Origin: Megasphaera elsdenii DSM 20460
GTDB lineage: Bacteria > Bacillota > Negativicutes > Veillonellales > Megasphaeraceae
Direction: 5' to 3'
DNA: 32,000 nt
Assembly: GCF_003010495.1 (NCBI RefSeq)
Contig: NZ_CP027570.1
Coordinates: 270,001 to 302,000 of the forward strand
The notes under the pieces were generated by a model. The model saw only the letters and a program-made list of their open reading frames with translations. It was not told where the DNA came from and searched no databases. A program made the position numbers and the translations under genes. Below are positions 16,824 to 27,487 of the stretch, one piece after another. Numbering within the stretch: position 1 is the first letter of the stretch; every line of letters begins with the position of its first letter.

Positions 16824-17222
16824 TTATAAATCAGTATCCGAAAAGGCATAGGGCAGGAGCTGGTCCAAAGTGACGACGCACCATTCCCCTTTCAGGTTGG
16901 CCATGATGACCTTGGGGATGTGAAATTCGGCCATAACCTGCCGGCAGGCGCCACAGGGTGAACAAGGGCCGGGCGTATCGGCGACGATGGCGATGGCCGC
17001 CAGGTCCCGCTCCCCTTCGGATACGGCCTTGAAAATAGCCGTCCGTTCGGCGCAGTTGCCCAGGGGATAACTGGAATTTTCGATGTTGCAGCCGCCATAG
17101 ACTTTCCCCGACGCCGTCAGGACGGCGGCGCCGACGGGAAAATGAGAATACGGGCTGTACGAATGAGCGCGATATTGTTTCGCAATTTCAATGAGGGCTT
17201 CATCGGTCATACGGACAGACAT
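16824..17222 (-). CDS. cdd: Cytidine deaminase
   Basis: The zinc-binding motifs CAERTAIF and PCGACRQVMAEF are present, and the roughly 130-aa size fits the homotetrameric type. An alternative start at ATG 17210 (MTDEALIEIAK...) overlaps the surE stop as ATGA. Confidence 0.93.
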   Translation of the reverse strand: MSVRMTDEALIEIAKQYRAHSYSPYSHFPVGAAVLTASGKVYGGCNIENSSYPLGNCAERTAIFKAVSEGERDLAAIAIVADTPGPCSPCGACRQVMAEFHIPKVIMANLKGEWCVVTLDQLLPYAFSDTDL

Positions 17223-17965
17223 CCTTTCAAGTGATCTATGACCCGGTCAGCCGTCTGCTGCCATTTGAGCGGCGTCAAAGCGATATGGCCCTGGCGGATG
17301 CAGGCGACGTCGCTGTCCTCAGGAGCCGTCGTCATGTCGATATCGCCGACGATGTGATAGCAGACACTGCCGTCGAGGTCGCGTTTCTCAGCGATGACGT
17401 TGTGATAGATCTGAACCGTCTGGGGCACGACGCGGACATTGTCCAGGCTGATATCGCCTTCAGGCGGCACGTTGACGTTGACGATGCCCGGGAAGCGGCC
17501 TTTCACGATGAGCTTCTGGACCAGGTCCCAGACGAGGTGAGCCGTCTGGACACAGCGTTCGTCCGTCATGCCCAGCATAGATACGGCAAAGGCCGGCAGA
17601 CCGTAGTAAGGCCCTTCCATGGCGGCCGAGACGGTACCGGAATAGAGGACGTCGCTGCCCAGGTTGTAGCCGTCGTTGATGCCGGAAATGATGAGGTCCG
17701 GCTTGTCGTCTTTGAGGAAGTATTCCATGGCCATCTTGACGCAGTCGACAGGTGTACCGGACACGGCGATTTCCCGGATTCCCGGTACCGTCGATTCGTC
17801 ACGGCAGTAGAGGGCCTTATTGATCGTCATGGAATGAGACGCCGCACTGCGCTGGCCATTGGGCGCAACGACAGTCAGGCGGCAGTCGTGGGATGCCAGC
17901 TCCCGTTTCAGCGTCTGAAGGCCCGGGGCCTTCAAACCGTCATCATTGGTCAACAAAATATGCAT
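17207..17965 (-). CDS. surE: 5'/3'-nucleotidase SurE
   Basis: The N-terminal MHILLTNDDGLKAPGL motif and the SGINDGYNLG motif are present. An AAGGAG SD lies upstream. Confidence 0.93.
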   Translation of the reverse strand: MHILLTNDDGLKAPGLQTLKRELASHDCRLTVVAPNGQRSAASHSMTINKALYCRDESTVPGIREIAVSGTPVDCVKMAMEYFLKDDKPDLIISGINDGYNLGSDVLYSGTVSAAMEGPYYGLPAFAVSMLGMTDERCVQTAHLVWDLVQKLIVKGRFPGIVNVNVPPEGDISLDNVRVVPQTVQIYHNVIAEKRDLDGSVCYHIVGDIDMTTAPEDSDVACIRQGHIALTPLKWQQTADRVIDHLKGCLSV

Positions 17966-17976
17966 AGTCGAACTCC

Positions 17977-19227
17977 TTACTTCTTGTTTTCTTTCCGCAA
18001 TAAGGCCGCGCTTTCATAAGACAGGGCCCGCGTATGCAGCGTGTGACTCCATTTCATCTTATGCCGGTCTTTGAAACCGAGGAAGTTGACGGGAATCCAG
18101 CTGTACATGAAAATCGGATAAATAATGAGATAAGCCCATGATTTCGGCGGCACTTTGATCTGCAAGAGGACGATGACCGGGATGAGGTACTGTCCGACGC
18201 CGATGATCGTCCAAATCTGGACGGGCACGATGGCATTGAGGATATTGGTGTAAAAAGGCAGGTAGGAATTGATTGAAGCCAGGACGGCATAAATCGTCGA
18301 AGCCATCATGAAGAACGGCTGGGACAAGGTAATGATGCCGTCGAGCATGCGGATGTTGCCGGTCTTGATGCCCCGGGCGAAGAGCTTGGGAATGAAGCGT
18401 TCGCCACAGTCACACTGGCCCTGGGCCCAGCGCTTGCGCTGGCGGCAGGACTGCATGAAGCCGACGACCTTTTCGTCATAAATGATGGCGTCGTGGGCCC
18501 AGCAGGTGCGGACGCCTTCCAGGAGGACTTTCATGGAAAATTCCATATCTTCCGTCAGGCAGTCACAGCCCCAGCCGTACTTGCGGACGATTTCCGTGGC
18601 GATGCACATGCCCGTGCCGCCCAGGGCCGTCGACAAGCCGATGTTGTACTTGGCCAAATGCCACATGTGGTTGATGAGCCAGAAGGCGATGGAAAAGGTG
18701 CCGGCAATCCACGAGTCCGTCGGATTCTTAGAATCCATATAGCCCTGGATGACCTTTTCCCCCTTGCAGAGGTGGTTGTTCATTTCCCGCAGAAATTCCG
18801 GATGGACCAGATTATCCGCATCGAAGACGACGAAGGCGTCGTACTGCTTTTCCTGGGCCAGCATCTGCGAGAACATCCAGTCCAGGGCATAGCCCTTGCC
18901 GACTTGTTCCTTATTGGTCCGCACTTTGACGATGGCCCCGTGTTCACGGCAGATGTCGGCCGTATGGTCCGTGCAGTTATCGGCGACGACGTAGATGTCA
19001 TACATATCCTTAGGATAGTTGAGCTGCTTCAGGTTGTCGATGAGCTGCCAGACGACTTTTTCTTCGTTATGCGCGCAAATAACGGCAGCGAAGGTATTCT
19101 TAGGCGCTACCGTAATGCGTTCCCGCCGCTTCATGAGGCCGAAGCAGGCCAGGATGAAATAATACAGGGAATAAAAAACGATGATGACCTGTATGGGTAT
19201 CATGATGATATCCAAGATGTGTTCCAT
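17977..19227 (-). CDS. Integral-membrane family 2 glycosyltransferase (processive type, with DxD, TED and QxxRW motifs)
   Basis: An N-terminal TM segment is followed by a GT-A domain with VVADNCTD, FDADN, TEDMEF and QRKRWAQG motifs, then about four C-terminal TM segments. The acceptor and sugar cannot be read from the sequence. Confidence 0.85.
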   Translation of the reverse strand: MEHILDIIMIPIQVIIVFYSLYYFILACFGLMKRRERITVAPKNTFAAVICAHNEEKVVWQLIDNLKQLNYPKDMYDIYVVADNCTDHTADICREHGAIVKVRTNKEQVGKGYALDWMFSQMLAQEKQYDAFVVFDADNLVHPEFLREMNNHLCKGEKVIQGYMDSKNPTDSWIAGTFSIAFWLINHMWHLAKYNIGLSTALGGTGMCIATEIVRKYGWGCDCLTEDMEFSMKVLLEGVRTCWAHDAIIYDEKVVGFMQSCRQRKRWAQGQCDCGERFIPKLFARGIKTGNIRMLDGIITLSQPFFMMASTIYAVLASINSYLPFYTNILNAIVPVQIWTIIGVGQYLIPVIVLLQIKVPPKSWAYLIIYPIFMYSWIPVNFLGFKDRHKMKWSHTLHTRALSYESAALLRKENKK

Positions 19228-19247
19228 ATGCGACTCTCCCTAAAGAC

Positions 19248-19922
19248 TTAGCGAGCAGCTGCGACGTTCATGGCCGTATTGACTAACCCGAAGACGATGT
19301 ACAGTAAGAAGGGCATGGTGATGACCAGATGCCAGTCGACAAAGGCCAGGACCAGGGCACCGAAGACCAGGGCGATAGCCAGGGCCGATTTGTGGAGTAC
19401 GTCCGGGCTGGCCCCTTTGAAATCGGGGTTGTGGACCTTGCTGACCAGATGATAGCCCAAGAGGACGACGAAAATGGCCAGCAGCCAGGCCGGCAGGACG
19501 GCTCCGGAAATGACATACGTCGCGATGAGGCAGCCGCCGTTCGGGATAGGCATGCCCTGGAAATAGCCATGGATGACGCCGGTATTCAAGTTGAACCGGG
19601 CCAGACGGATACCGCCGAGGGCGGCATAGATGATGGCCGGGATGGCGCCGATCCAGCCCAGGGACTGCAGCGAATAGGAATAAATCAAAAAGGCCGAAGC
19701 CGCCCCGAAGGATACGACATCGGACAAGGAATCGAGTTCCTTGCCAAAATCACCGGCGACGCCCAGAGCGCGGGCCGAACGGCCGTCGCAGGCGTCGCAG
19801 ACCATGGCCAGCAGGATGCAGACACCGGCCCAGGTATAGAGCCCGTGGAGGGTCATGATCATACTCAGGACCCCGAAACTGAGGTTCCCTGAGGTAAACA
19901 GACACGGTATTACATTTTTCAT
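19248..19922 (-). CDS. pssA: CDP-diacylglycerol--serine O-phosphatidyltransferase (CDP-alcohol phosphatidyltransferase family)
   Basis: The motif DACDGRSARALGVAGDFGKELDSLSDVVSFG matches D-G-x2-A-R-x8-G-x3-D-x3-D. The protein is polytopic. The ATG overlaps the psd stop (ATGA). Confidence 0.88.
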   Translation of the reverse strand: MKNVIPCLFTSGNLSFGVLSMIMTLHGLYTWAGVCILLAMVCDACDGRSARALGVAGDFGKELDSLSDVVSFGAASAFLIYSYSLQSLGWIGAIPAIIYAALGGIRLARFNLNTGVIHGYFQGMPIPNGGCLIATYVISGAVLPAWLLAIFVVLLGYHLVSKVHNPDFKGASPDVLHKSALAIALVFGALVLAFVDWHLVITMPFLLYIVFGLVNTAMNVAAAR

Positions 19923-20572
19923 TGGACAATCCTCCCTATGACTGATTCACCGCCGCGGACTTTATCGCCCTTCTTGACCGTGATTTCCACATTGTCGCGG
20001 ACATAGATTTCCGCACAGGAACCGAATTTGATCATACCGTACAGCTGGCCGTGCTGCAGTTCGTCGCCCAAGGTGACCCAGGAGACGATGCGCCGCGCCA
20101 GGATGCCGGCAATGATGGTGACCAGGATATCCGTATGGGCTGAATGGATGCCGATGGAATAGCGTTCATTTTCATAGCCGACGCCTTCTTTATAGGCCGG
20201 ACGGAAGCGGCCGCAGGTATATTGCTGGAAATCGATGGTCCCGGCCAGCGGTGCCCGGTTGACATGGGCATCGAAGATGGACAGGAAAATGATGATTTTC
20301 CGGCACTTCTGGTTGAGGTACGAATCTTCTTCTACGTCTTCGACGCCGACGACAGTCCCATCTGCCGGCGACACCAGGAGCCGTTCATCAGCCGGTATGG
20401 TCCGGCTGGGATTTCGGAAGAAATAGGTAAAATACCCGGCCAGCAGCAACGGCAGGACCGCTACATAGGCATTGAGGAAATATCCGGCGGCGACAGCCAG
20501 CAACAGGGGCACGATAATGAAGGGGTATCCGTCTTCTACGATATAAGGTTTGTTCAAGACATCACTTTTCAA
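19919..20572 (-). CDS. psd: Phosphatidylserine decarboxylase proenzyme (short, membrane-anchored form)
   Basis: The 217-aa protein has two N-terminal TM segments and a C-terminal KFGS self-cleavage (G-S) site. It uses a TTG start with a GAGGTGA SD and is adjacent to pssA. Confidence 0.85.
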   Translation of the reverse strand: MKSDVLNKPYIVEDGYPFIIVPLLLAVAAGYFLNAYVAVLPLLLAGYFTYFFRNPSRTIPADERLLVSPADGTVVGVEDVEEDSYLNQKCRKIIIFLSIFDAHVNRAPLAGTIDFQQYTCGRFRPAYKEGVGYENERYSIGIHSAHTDILVTIIAGILARRIVSWVTLGDELQHGQLYGMIKFGSCAEIYVRDNVEITVKKGDKVRGGESVIGRIVQ

Positions 20573-20584
20573 CTCATCACCTCA

Positions 20585-21316
20585 TCACTTAGCCCGGCCG
20601 CCCAGCTTGACAGCCGCGACGAATTTCGGCAGCGCCAGCATGCGCTTGAACCGGGTCGGCTCTTTCAACAGGCGATAGAGCCATTCCAGGCGGTTATCCT
20701 GCATCCACTTCGGAGCCCGGCCGGCTTTGCCAGCCAGGACGTCGAAAGTTCCGCCGACACCCATGCAGACGCAGGGGCCGAGTTCATAAAGATGCTCGGA
20801 TATCCATTTTTCCTGTTTCGGCACGCCTAAGGCGACCAAGAGGATGCGCGTCCCCTGGCTGCGGATATCTTCGATGATATCCTTTTCTTCATCGGCCGAA
20901 AAGAATCCCGAATGAGTCCCGGCGATATGAAGGGACCCGATTTGCTGCTGCACATTGGCCGCAGCCTGTTCAGCGATGCCCGGAGCACCGCCAAAGAGGT
21001 AGACAGGAGTTTGGCGTGCGGCTGCTTCTTGGAGCAGACTGCACGCCAAATCGACACCTGTCACGCGTTCTTTAAATTTCTTGCCCTGCTGTTCTGCAGC
21101 CCACAGGACGCCGGCCCCGTCGGGAACTACCAGGTCGGCATGCTGGAGGATATGGGCCAGTTCGCGGTCCGTCTGGGCCCGCATGACCATTTCTGCATTG
21201 GCCGTCGCAATGGAAGCGGCCCGGCCTTCGTCGATGCACTTAAAGGCCAGGTTACGAGCTTCTTCCATAGTGACGTTCCATATAGGGATGGACAAGATAT
21301 CGATGGTACTAATCAA
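20585..21316 (-). CDS. WecB/TagA/CpsF-family glycosyltransferase (GT26)
   Basis: The 243-aa protein has typical GT26 strings: VPDGAGVLWA, LVALGVPKQEKWI, GVGGTFDVLAGK..RAPKWMQ..LEWLYRL..EP.R. It uses a TTG start with a GGAGGGA SD. Confidence 0.87.
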   Translation of the reverse strand: MISTIDILSIPIWNVTMEEARNLAFKCIDEGRAASIATANAEMVMRAQTDRELAHILQHADLVVPDGAGVLWAAEQQGKKFKERVTGVDLACSLLQEAAARQTPVYLFGGAPGIAEQAAANVQQQIGSLHIAGTHSGFFSADEEKDIIEDIRSQGTRILLVALGVPKQEKWISEHLYELGPCVCMGVGGTFDVLAGKAGRAPKWMQDNRLEWLYRLLKEPTRFKRMLALPKFVAAVKLGGRAK

Positions 21317-21334
21317 CGTATCCCTCCGCCCTGC

Positions 21335-22840
<1,506 letters not shown>

Positions 22841-22908
22841 CTAAATAGCTTATCCCTTATTATAACTGAAATCAACTCGTATGTACATATATTACAGAAA
22901 AATTTCTG

Positions 22909-24948
22909 TCAGTTATTTAAAAGTCCGGCAAAAGTCTGGCCAAAACGCCGCTTCAAGGGCGCCTCGGCCTGGGCCGTATCCTCGTGGTCCAGCCACCACT
23001 GCCGGGCTGCATCGCGGGCTGCCGCCAGGATGGGCACATCGCTCAGGATGTCGGCGGCCTTCAAATCGGGCAGTCCGTGCTGCATGTAGCCGAAGAGCTG
23101 GCCCGAACCGCGCAGGAGCAGATCTTTTTCGGCTAGCGTGAAGCCGTCATGTATCTGTTCCATCCATTTCAGGCGCTGCCGCGTCTCGTCGCTGCCGCCC
23201 TTGGCCATGAGGATGCAATAGGCCTGCTGGTCGCCGCGGCCGACGCGGCCCCGCAGCTGATGGAGCTGGGCCAGGCCGAAGCGTTCGGCGCCGTCGATGA
23301 ACATGACCGTCGCGTTAGGGACGTTGACGCCAACTTCGATGACACTCGTCGCGACCAGGAGCTGTATATCCCCTTTCTGGAAGGCTTCCATGACGGCTTC
23401 TTTTTCTTTGCCGGCCATGCGGCCGTGGACGAGGCCGCATGGCCGCTTGGTAAAGACCTGGGTCCGCAGCTGTTCATAGAGTTCCGTCGCCGCCTGCAAG
23501 TCGACTGTCTCCGACGCTTCGACGAGGGGACAGACGACGTAACACTGCTGGCCCTGGGCCATGAGCTTGTCCATGAAAACATAGACCCGCCGGCGCAGAG
23601 CTTCGCCGACGGCATAGGTCTTGACCCGTTTCCGGCCCGGCGGCATCTCGCGGATGGACGACACGTCCAGGTCACCATAGAGGGACAGGGTCAGCGTCCG
23701 GGGAATGGGCGTGGCCGTCATGAACAGGGCGTGCGGCTCTTTTCCCTTCTGTTCCAGGGCTGACCGCTGGCGGACGCCGAAGCGGTGCTGTTCGTCCGTG
23801 ACGACCAGTCCCAGGCAGCGGAAGGCCACGTCGTCCTGGATGAGAGCATGGGTCCCGATGAGGATGTCGATCCGGCCGTCAGCCAGGTCTGCCAGCAGCT
23901 GTTTCCGTTCTTTTGCCGTCGTCCGGCCGGTCAATAAGGCGATGCGCACGTCCAGGCCCTGGAAGAGGCGGCAAAATTCGTCGTAATGCTGGGCCGCCAG
24001 GATACCCGTCGGCGCCATGAGGGCCCCTTGGTAGCCATTCTCGACGATTTTCGCCAGGGCCAGGGCGGCGACGACGGTCTTGCCCGAGCCGACATCGCCC
24101 TGGACCAGGCGCTGCATGGGGACTTCGCTTTCCATGTCGGCCTGGATATCGAGGAAGGCCTGGGTCTGGCCTTTCGTCAGGGTAAAGGGCAGGTGCTCAT
24201 AAAAGGTCTTGAGCAGCTTGCCATTGGGACTGCATTTGAGGCCTTGGCGCTTGCCTTCATGGCGCCGACGCAGGAGCAGGCCGAGCTGCATGTCGAAGAG
24301 CTCTTCAAAGGCCAGCTGGCGCCGGGCCTGTTCCCGTTTCTCCATAGAATCGGGAAAGTGTATCTGCTCATAGGCTTCGAGCGTCGGCATGGTGGCAAAG
24401 GGCGACTGGCGGCAGCCGTCCCAGCCCGGCAGGATGTCCAGATGCTCCCTGGCCAGGTCCAGGGCCTGGCGCACGGCTTTGCGGATATCCTGCTGGCGCA
24501 GGCCATCGGTCAGGCCGTACAGGGGGACGAAGCCCTCGCCTTCGGCCCGCCCTTCTTCCGTGTCAGGCCCATTCATCTGACGGCGGCCATAAGCCCATTC
24601 CAGCTTGCCAAAAGCCGTCAAAGTCATGCCCACGCGTAACTGGCGTTTCTTGAAAGCCTGGTTGAACCAGACCAGCTCGACCGCCCCCGTCCCGTCGCTG
24701 ACCCTGACTTTCAACAGCGACAGGCCCCGGCGGGGCCGCATTTCCTGGACTGACGCGACGGTCCCGCAGAGGACCAGGGACTTCCCCGTCCCGCACGGGG
24801 CCTGGCCGATGGGCCAGATATGGCTGCGGTCTTCGTAGTCGCGGGGAAAATATTGCAGCAAGTCGGACACCGTCGCCAGATGAAGCCGGGCAAACAGGGC
24901 TTCTTTGCGCGGTCCGATGCCTTTTAAATCGCGAATAGAAAAATTCAT
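22909..24948 (-). CDS. recG: ATP-dependent DNA helicase RecG
   Basis: The 679-aa protein has an N-terminal wedge/OB region, Walker A GDVGSGKT, a DEQHRFG box and the helicase C-terminal motif QLRGRVGRG. An AAGGAG SD is present. Confidence 0.95.
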   Translation of the reverse strand: MNFSIRDLKGIGPRKEALFARLHLATVSDLLQYFPRDYEDRSHIWPIGQAPCGTGKSLVLCGTVASVQEMRPRRGLSLLKVRVSDGTGAVELVWFNQAFKKRQLRVGMTLTAFGKLEWAYGRRQMNGPDTEEGRAEGEGFVPLYGLTDGLRQQDIRKAVRQALDLAREHLDILPGWDGCRQSPFATMPTLEAYEQIHFPDSMEKREQARRQLAFEELFDMQLGLLLRRRHEGKRQGLKCSPNGKLLKTFYEHLPFTLTKGQTQAFLDIQADMESEVPMQRLVQGDVGSGKTVVAALALAKIVENGYQGALMAPTGILAAQHYDEFCRLFQGLDVRIALLTGRTTAKERKQLLADLADGRIDILIGTHALIQDDVAFRCLGLVVTDEQHRFGVRQRSALEQKGKEPHALFMTATPIPRTLTLSLYGDLDVSSIREMPPGRKRVKTYAVGEALRRRVYVFMDKLMAQGQQCYVVCPLVEASETVDLQAATELYEQLRTQVFTKRPCGLVHGRMAGKEKEAVMEAFQKGDIQLLVATSVIEVGVNVPNATVMFIDGAERFGLAQLHQLRGRVGRGDQQAYCILMAKGGSDETRQRLKWMEQIHDGFTLAEKDLLLRGSGQLFGYMQHGLPDLKAADILSDVPILAAARDAARQWWLDHEDTAQAEAPLKRRFGQTFAGLLNN

Positions 24949-25087
24949 ACCAAAAACTCCTTGTCAAATATTCGTTTTTATTGTATCATATTTCGTAGGC
25001 TTTTTATAAAAAATAAAACTTGCTTTACCTAATAATCTGTGATAAGATTTATATGTTGTACTGTGATGGTGCAGGGAGGTGTAACCA

Positions 25088-25279
25088 ATGGCAAACTTTT
25101 GCGAAATCTGTGGTAAAGGAACAATGAGCGGCATGAATGTCAGCCATTCCCACTTGAAAACGAAAAAAACCTGGAAACCGAATATCCAGCGTGTCCGCGC
25201 TGTCGTCGACGGCGAAGTAAAACGAGTTAATGTTTGCACTCGTTGCCTTCGTTCCGGTAAAGTCCAGCGTGATGTTTAA
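25088..25279 (+). CDS. rpmB: 50S ribosomal protein L28
   Basis: The 63-aa sequence MANFCEICGKGTMSGMNVSHSHLKTKKTWKPNIQRVRAVVDGEVKRVNVCTRCLRSGKV is classic L28. A GGGAGGTG SD is present. Confidence 0.95.
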   Translation: MANFCEICGKGTMSGMNVSHSHLKTKKTWKPNIQRVRAVVDGEVKRVNVCTRCLRSGKVQRDV

Positions 25280-25285
25280 GGATGA

Positions 25286-25322
25286 TAAAAAAAGCGTTGT
25301 CTGTGAAGACAACGCTTTTTTT
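25286..25322. terminator. Bidirectional rho-independent terminator
   Basis: The stem AGCGTTGTC (25292-25300) pairs with GACAACGCT (25307-25315) around a 6-nt loop. It is flanked by an A-run on the left and a T-run on the right. It can therefore serve both rpmB (+) and the convergent minus-strand operon. Confidence 0.8.
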
Positions 25323-25396
25323 AGTGGCTCGTGGCGCCCCTACATGCGGCCCGCAAACGGCGAACGGCGAACGGCGGGACGCCCTTTGGGCGTCCC

Positions 25397-26476
25397 CTAC
25401 ATGCATATGTATCTTGCCAGGCGGGCCGCCCGGTCTTCGATTCCTTCGTTCTGGAGGATGCTCTTGGGGGCATTGGCCGTTTCGATGAGGGCGAAGTACG
25501 GCGGCAGGATGAAGTTCTTGTTGCAGTTCATGGCGTCGATGACCTGTTCGGCTACGATGTCGCCGCCGCTGTAGCCGGAAACGACCAGGGCATAGACTTC
25601 CTTTCTGGCAAAGGCCGCTTCTTCCTTGCGGAACAAGGCCGTCAGCCTGTTGAAGAAAGCCATAATGTTGGCGCTGACGGCGTCGTTATAATTCGGACAG
25701 ACAAGGACGATGACATCCCCTTTGCGGACAGCGGGATAGACTTTTTCCACCATGACGCCGCCGTAGAAACAGTCCCCTTTTTCACCGAAATGGAGGCACG
25801 TTTCATAGCTGCAGCCCCGGCAGTCGACGACAGTCCCATTGCGCAGGGAAATTTCCGTGACCCTGGCCTTCCCCTGTAAATGGCGCTGCACCATTTCCCA
25901 GAGGAGGAGCGTGTTCGACGTGCGGCGGCTGCTGGCGTGGAGGACGACGACGTCCTTAGTCTTCCCGGTCCCGTCGGGCCGGGTGAAAGCCAGCAGTTTA
26001 CTGACCAGGCGGCCGGCACTGACGGCGTAGGCTTCCTCATTGGAAAGGCCCTGGATCTGAGCCTGGGTATTAAAATTATAAAGGGATCCCGTAGCCTCGA
26101 CAAGGGGCTTGCCGGGAAAGACACAGCCGGCCTGATTGGCAAAGAAAATCAGCTCCCGGCCTATTTTTTTTGTAAAAAACTCCCCCTGCCCGTCGACGAG
26201 GACGGCACCGCGGCAGCCGGCCAGACAATGGCGGTGGCGGACCAGACAGGATACGAGGTGGACATAGGACAGGCTGACGCCGGCCTTGGGCAGGGCGACG
26301 GCGAAGAGGACAGCTGTCCCCTCTTTTTCGGCCCGCGTCCGGACGCACCAGCGCAAGAAGGCCTTTTCCCGTTCGATGACCTGATACGTCCGCCCTTCCA
26401 GGGCCCGGCTGAGAACGCGGCCGATGCGCTCCGTATGACCGGCTTCGTCCCAGCCGACCTTCACGACTAACAGCAT
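25397..26476 (-). CDS. Two-domain flavodoxin-fold protein; the C-terminal half resembles NADPH-dependent FMN reductase or iron-sulfur flavoprotein
   Basis: The protein is 359 aa. Residues from about 175 to the end carry the FMN-reductase-type pattern VVLHASSRRTSNT...VIVLVCPNYNDAVSANIMAFFNRL. They also carry a Cys motif, C219-x2-C-x4-C-x8-C236. Residues 1-170 look like a second beta-alpha-beta domain with no recognised motif. A GGAAGGGGG SD lies upstream, 15 nt after the upstream gene's stop. Confidence 0.65.
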   Translation of the reverse strand: MLLVVKVGWDEAGHTERIGRVLSRALEGRTYQVIEREKAFLRWCVRTRAEKEGTAVLFAVALPKAGVSLSYVHLVSCLVRHRHCLAGCRGAVLVDGQGEFFTKKIGRELIFFANQAGCVFPGKPLVEATGSLYNFNTQAQIQGLSNEEAYAVSAGRLVSKLLAFTRPDGTGKTKDVVVLHASSRRTSNTLLLWEMVQRHLQGKARVTEISLRNGTVVDCRGCSYETCLHFGEKGDCFYGGVMVEKVYPAVRKGDVIVLVCPNYNDAVSANIMAFFNRLTALFRKEEAAFARKEVYALVVSGYSGGDIVAEQVIDAMNCNKNFILPPYFALIETANAPKSILQNEGIEDRAARLARYICM

Positions 26477-26491
26477 AGAACAGCCCCCTTC

Positions 26492-27487
26492 CTAGACGAG
26501 ACGGCTCAACGCCGTATAGGCCCGCTTCCAGCGTTCGTACAGGGCCGGGCAGGCACAGACGTCTTCATAAGTCACCTGGCCGCCGGCGACGCGGTTCTTG
26601 ACGCCGAAAAAGGCTCCCTTCGATGCATCGCCGAGATAGACTGAGCCATAATGCCACTGGCCCCGAAGGGTCAGGATGATCGACAGGGCCGCTGACGACA
26701 GGGCCGGCGCGATATAGGGCTTATAGCCCAGGTCGCGGACGGCGATGTTGGCATGGACGACGAGGTCCGTCAGCTCCCGCGACAAGGCGTCGTCGTAGTC
26801 TTCCATGCTGTCGGCGATGACCAGGTCCGCCCCATGGGGGCCAAAGGCCCGGCCTTCCGTCAGGTAGTGGGCAAAACGCGGATTTTTCTTGGCGTAATAG
26901 CAGGCCCGGGCATGCATGACGCCCAGGCCATAGCCCTGGATCTGGGCCGGATGGAGGCCCGATTCCGTCAAGAAGGCCCGGCACAAGGGGTCGACCGGAT
27001 CCGATACGATACAGACCTGGCCGCCGAAGCCCGCCTGGCGGGCCAGGCCGGCATAGTGGGCGATGAGGCTGCGGTTGGCTTCGAGCTGGGCCATGCGTAC
27101 ATCGCCGCCGGCTCCGACAGGCGGCACGCCCTTGCTGGCACAGAAGATAAAGACGTCGCAGTCGAAGACGTCTTCTTCCCCGACGACCGTCACGGCTGGC
27201 AGGACCGGGTCCGGACAGCCTTCCTGGCCGGCAAAGGGATAGCGAATCTGGTTCATTTCCATTTCCAGACGGGCCAGGTTCTTCTCATTGATGTCGCACA
27301 TGCCGACGGAAGCGATGACGTCCTGCCCGGCCAGGAGCAGTCCGATGAGCATGGTCGTCCCCACATCGCCTAAGGCGACGATGTGGACGCGGGCTTTCCG
27401 GGCCAGCTGCGGCGCCCTGTCGAGAGGCATGGCAGACGCCCCGATGTCAGCGGGTAAATCGTGGATCCATTTATTCAAAGTCTTCAT
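26492..27487 (-). CDS. L-lactate/malate dehydrogenase-family 2-hydroxyacid dehydrogenase (divergent)
   Basis: The Rossmann start VHIVALGDVGTTM is present. The strings GLGVMHARA (LDH GT.LD.AR position, Arg kept) and FGPHGAD (GEHGDS position, catalytic His kept) are also present. The start is chosen at MKTLNKWIHDL (ATG at 27487), which overlaps the end of the giant gene by 17 nt. The track ORF starts 25 codons earlier. Confidence 0.72.
   Translation of the reverse strand: MKTLNKWIHDLPADIGASAMPLDRAPQLARKARVHIVALGDVGTTMLIGLLLAGQDVIASVGMCDINEKNLARLEMEMNQIRYPFAGQEGCPDPVLPAVTVVGEEDVFDCDVFIFCASKGVPPVGAGGDVRMAQLEANRSLIAHYAGLARQAGFGGQVCIVSDPVDPLCRAFLTESGLHPAQIQGYGLGVMHARACYYAKKNPRFAHYLTEGRAFGPHGADLVIADSMEDYDDALSRELTDLVVHANIAVRDLGYKPYIAPALSSAALSIILTLRGQWHYGSVYLGDASKGAFFGVKNRVAGGQVTYEDVCACPALYERWKRAYTALSRLV

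Noticed and set aside
16592-16849. 85-aa minus-strand ORF upstream of the symporter
   Set aside because: It coincides with the tandem glycine riboswitch and its promoter. The reading frame is fortuitous.
24964-25312. Two minus-strand ORFs (91 and 87 aa) opposite rpmB
   Set aside because: They are antisense to, or overlap, the clearly identifiable L28 gene and its promoter region. Neither has an SD.
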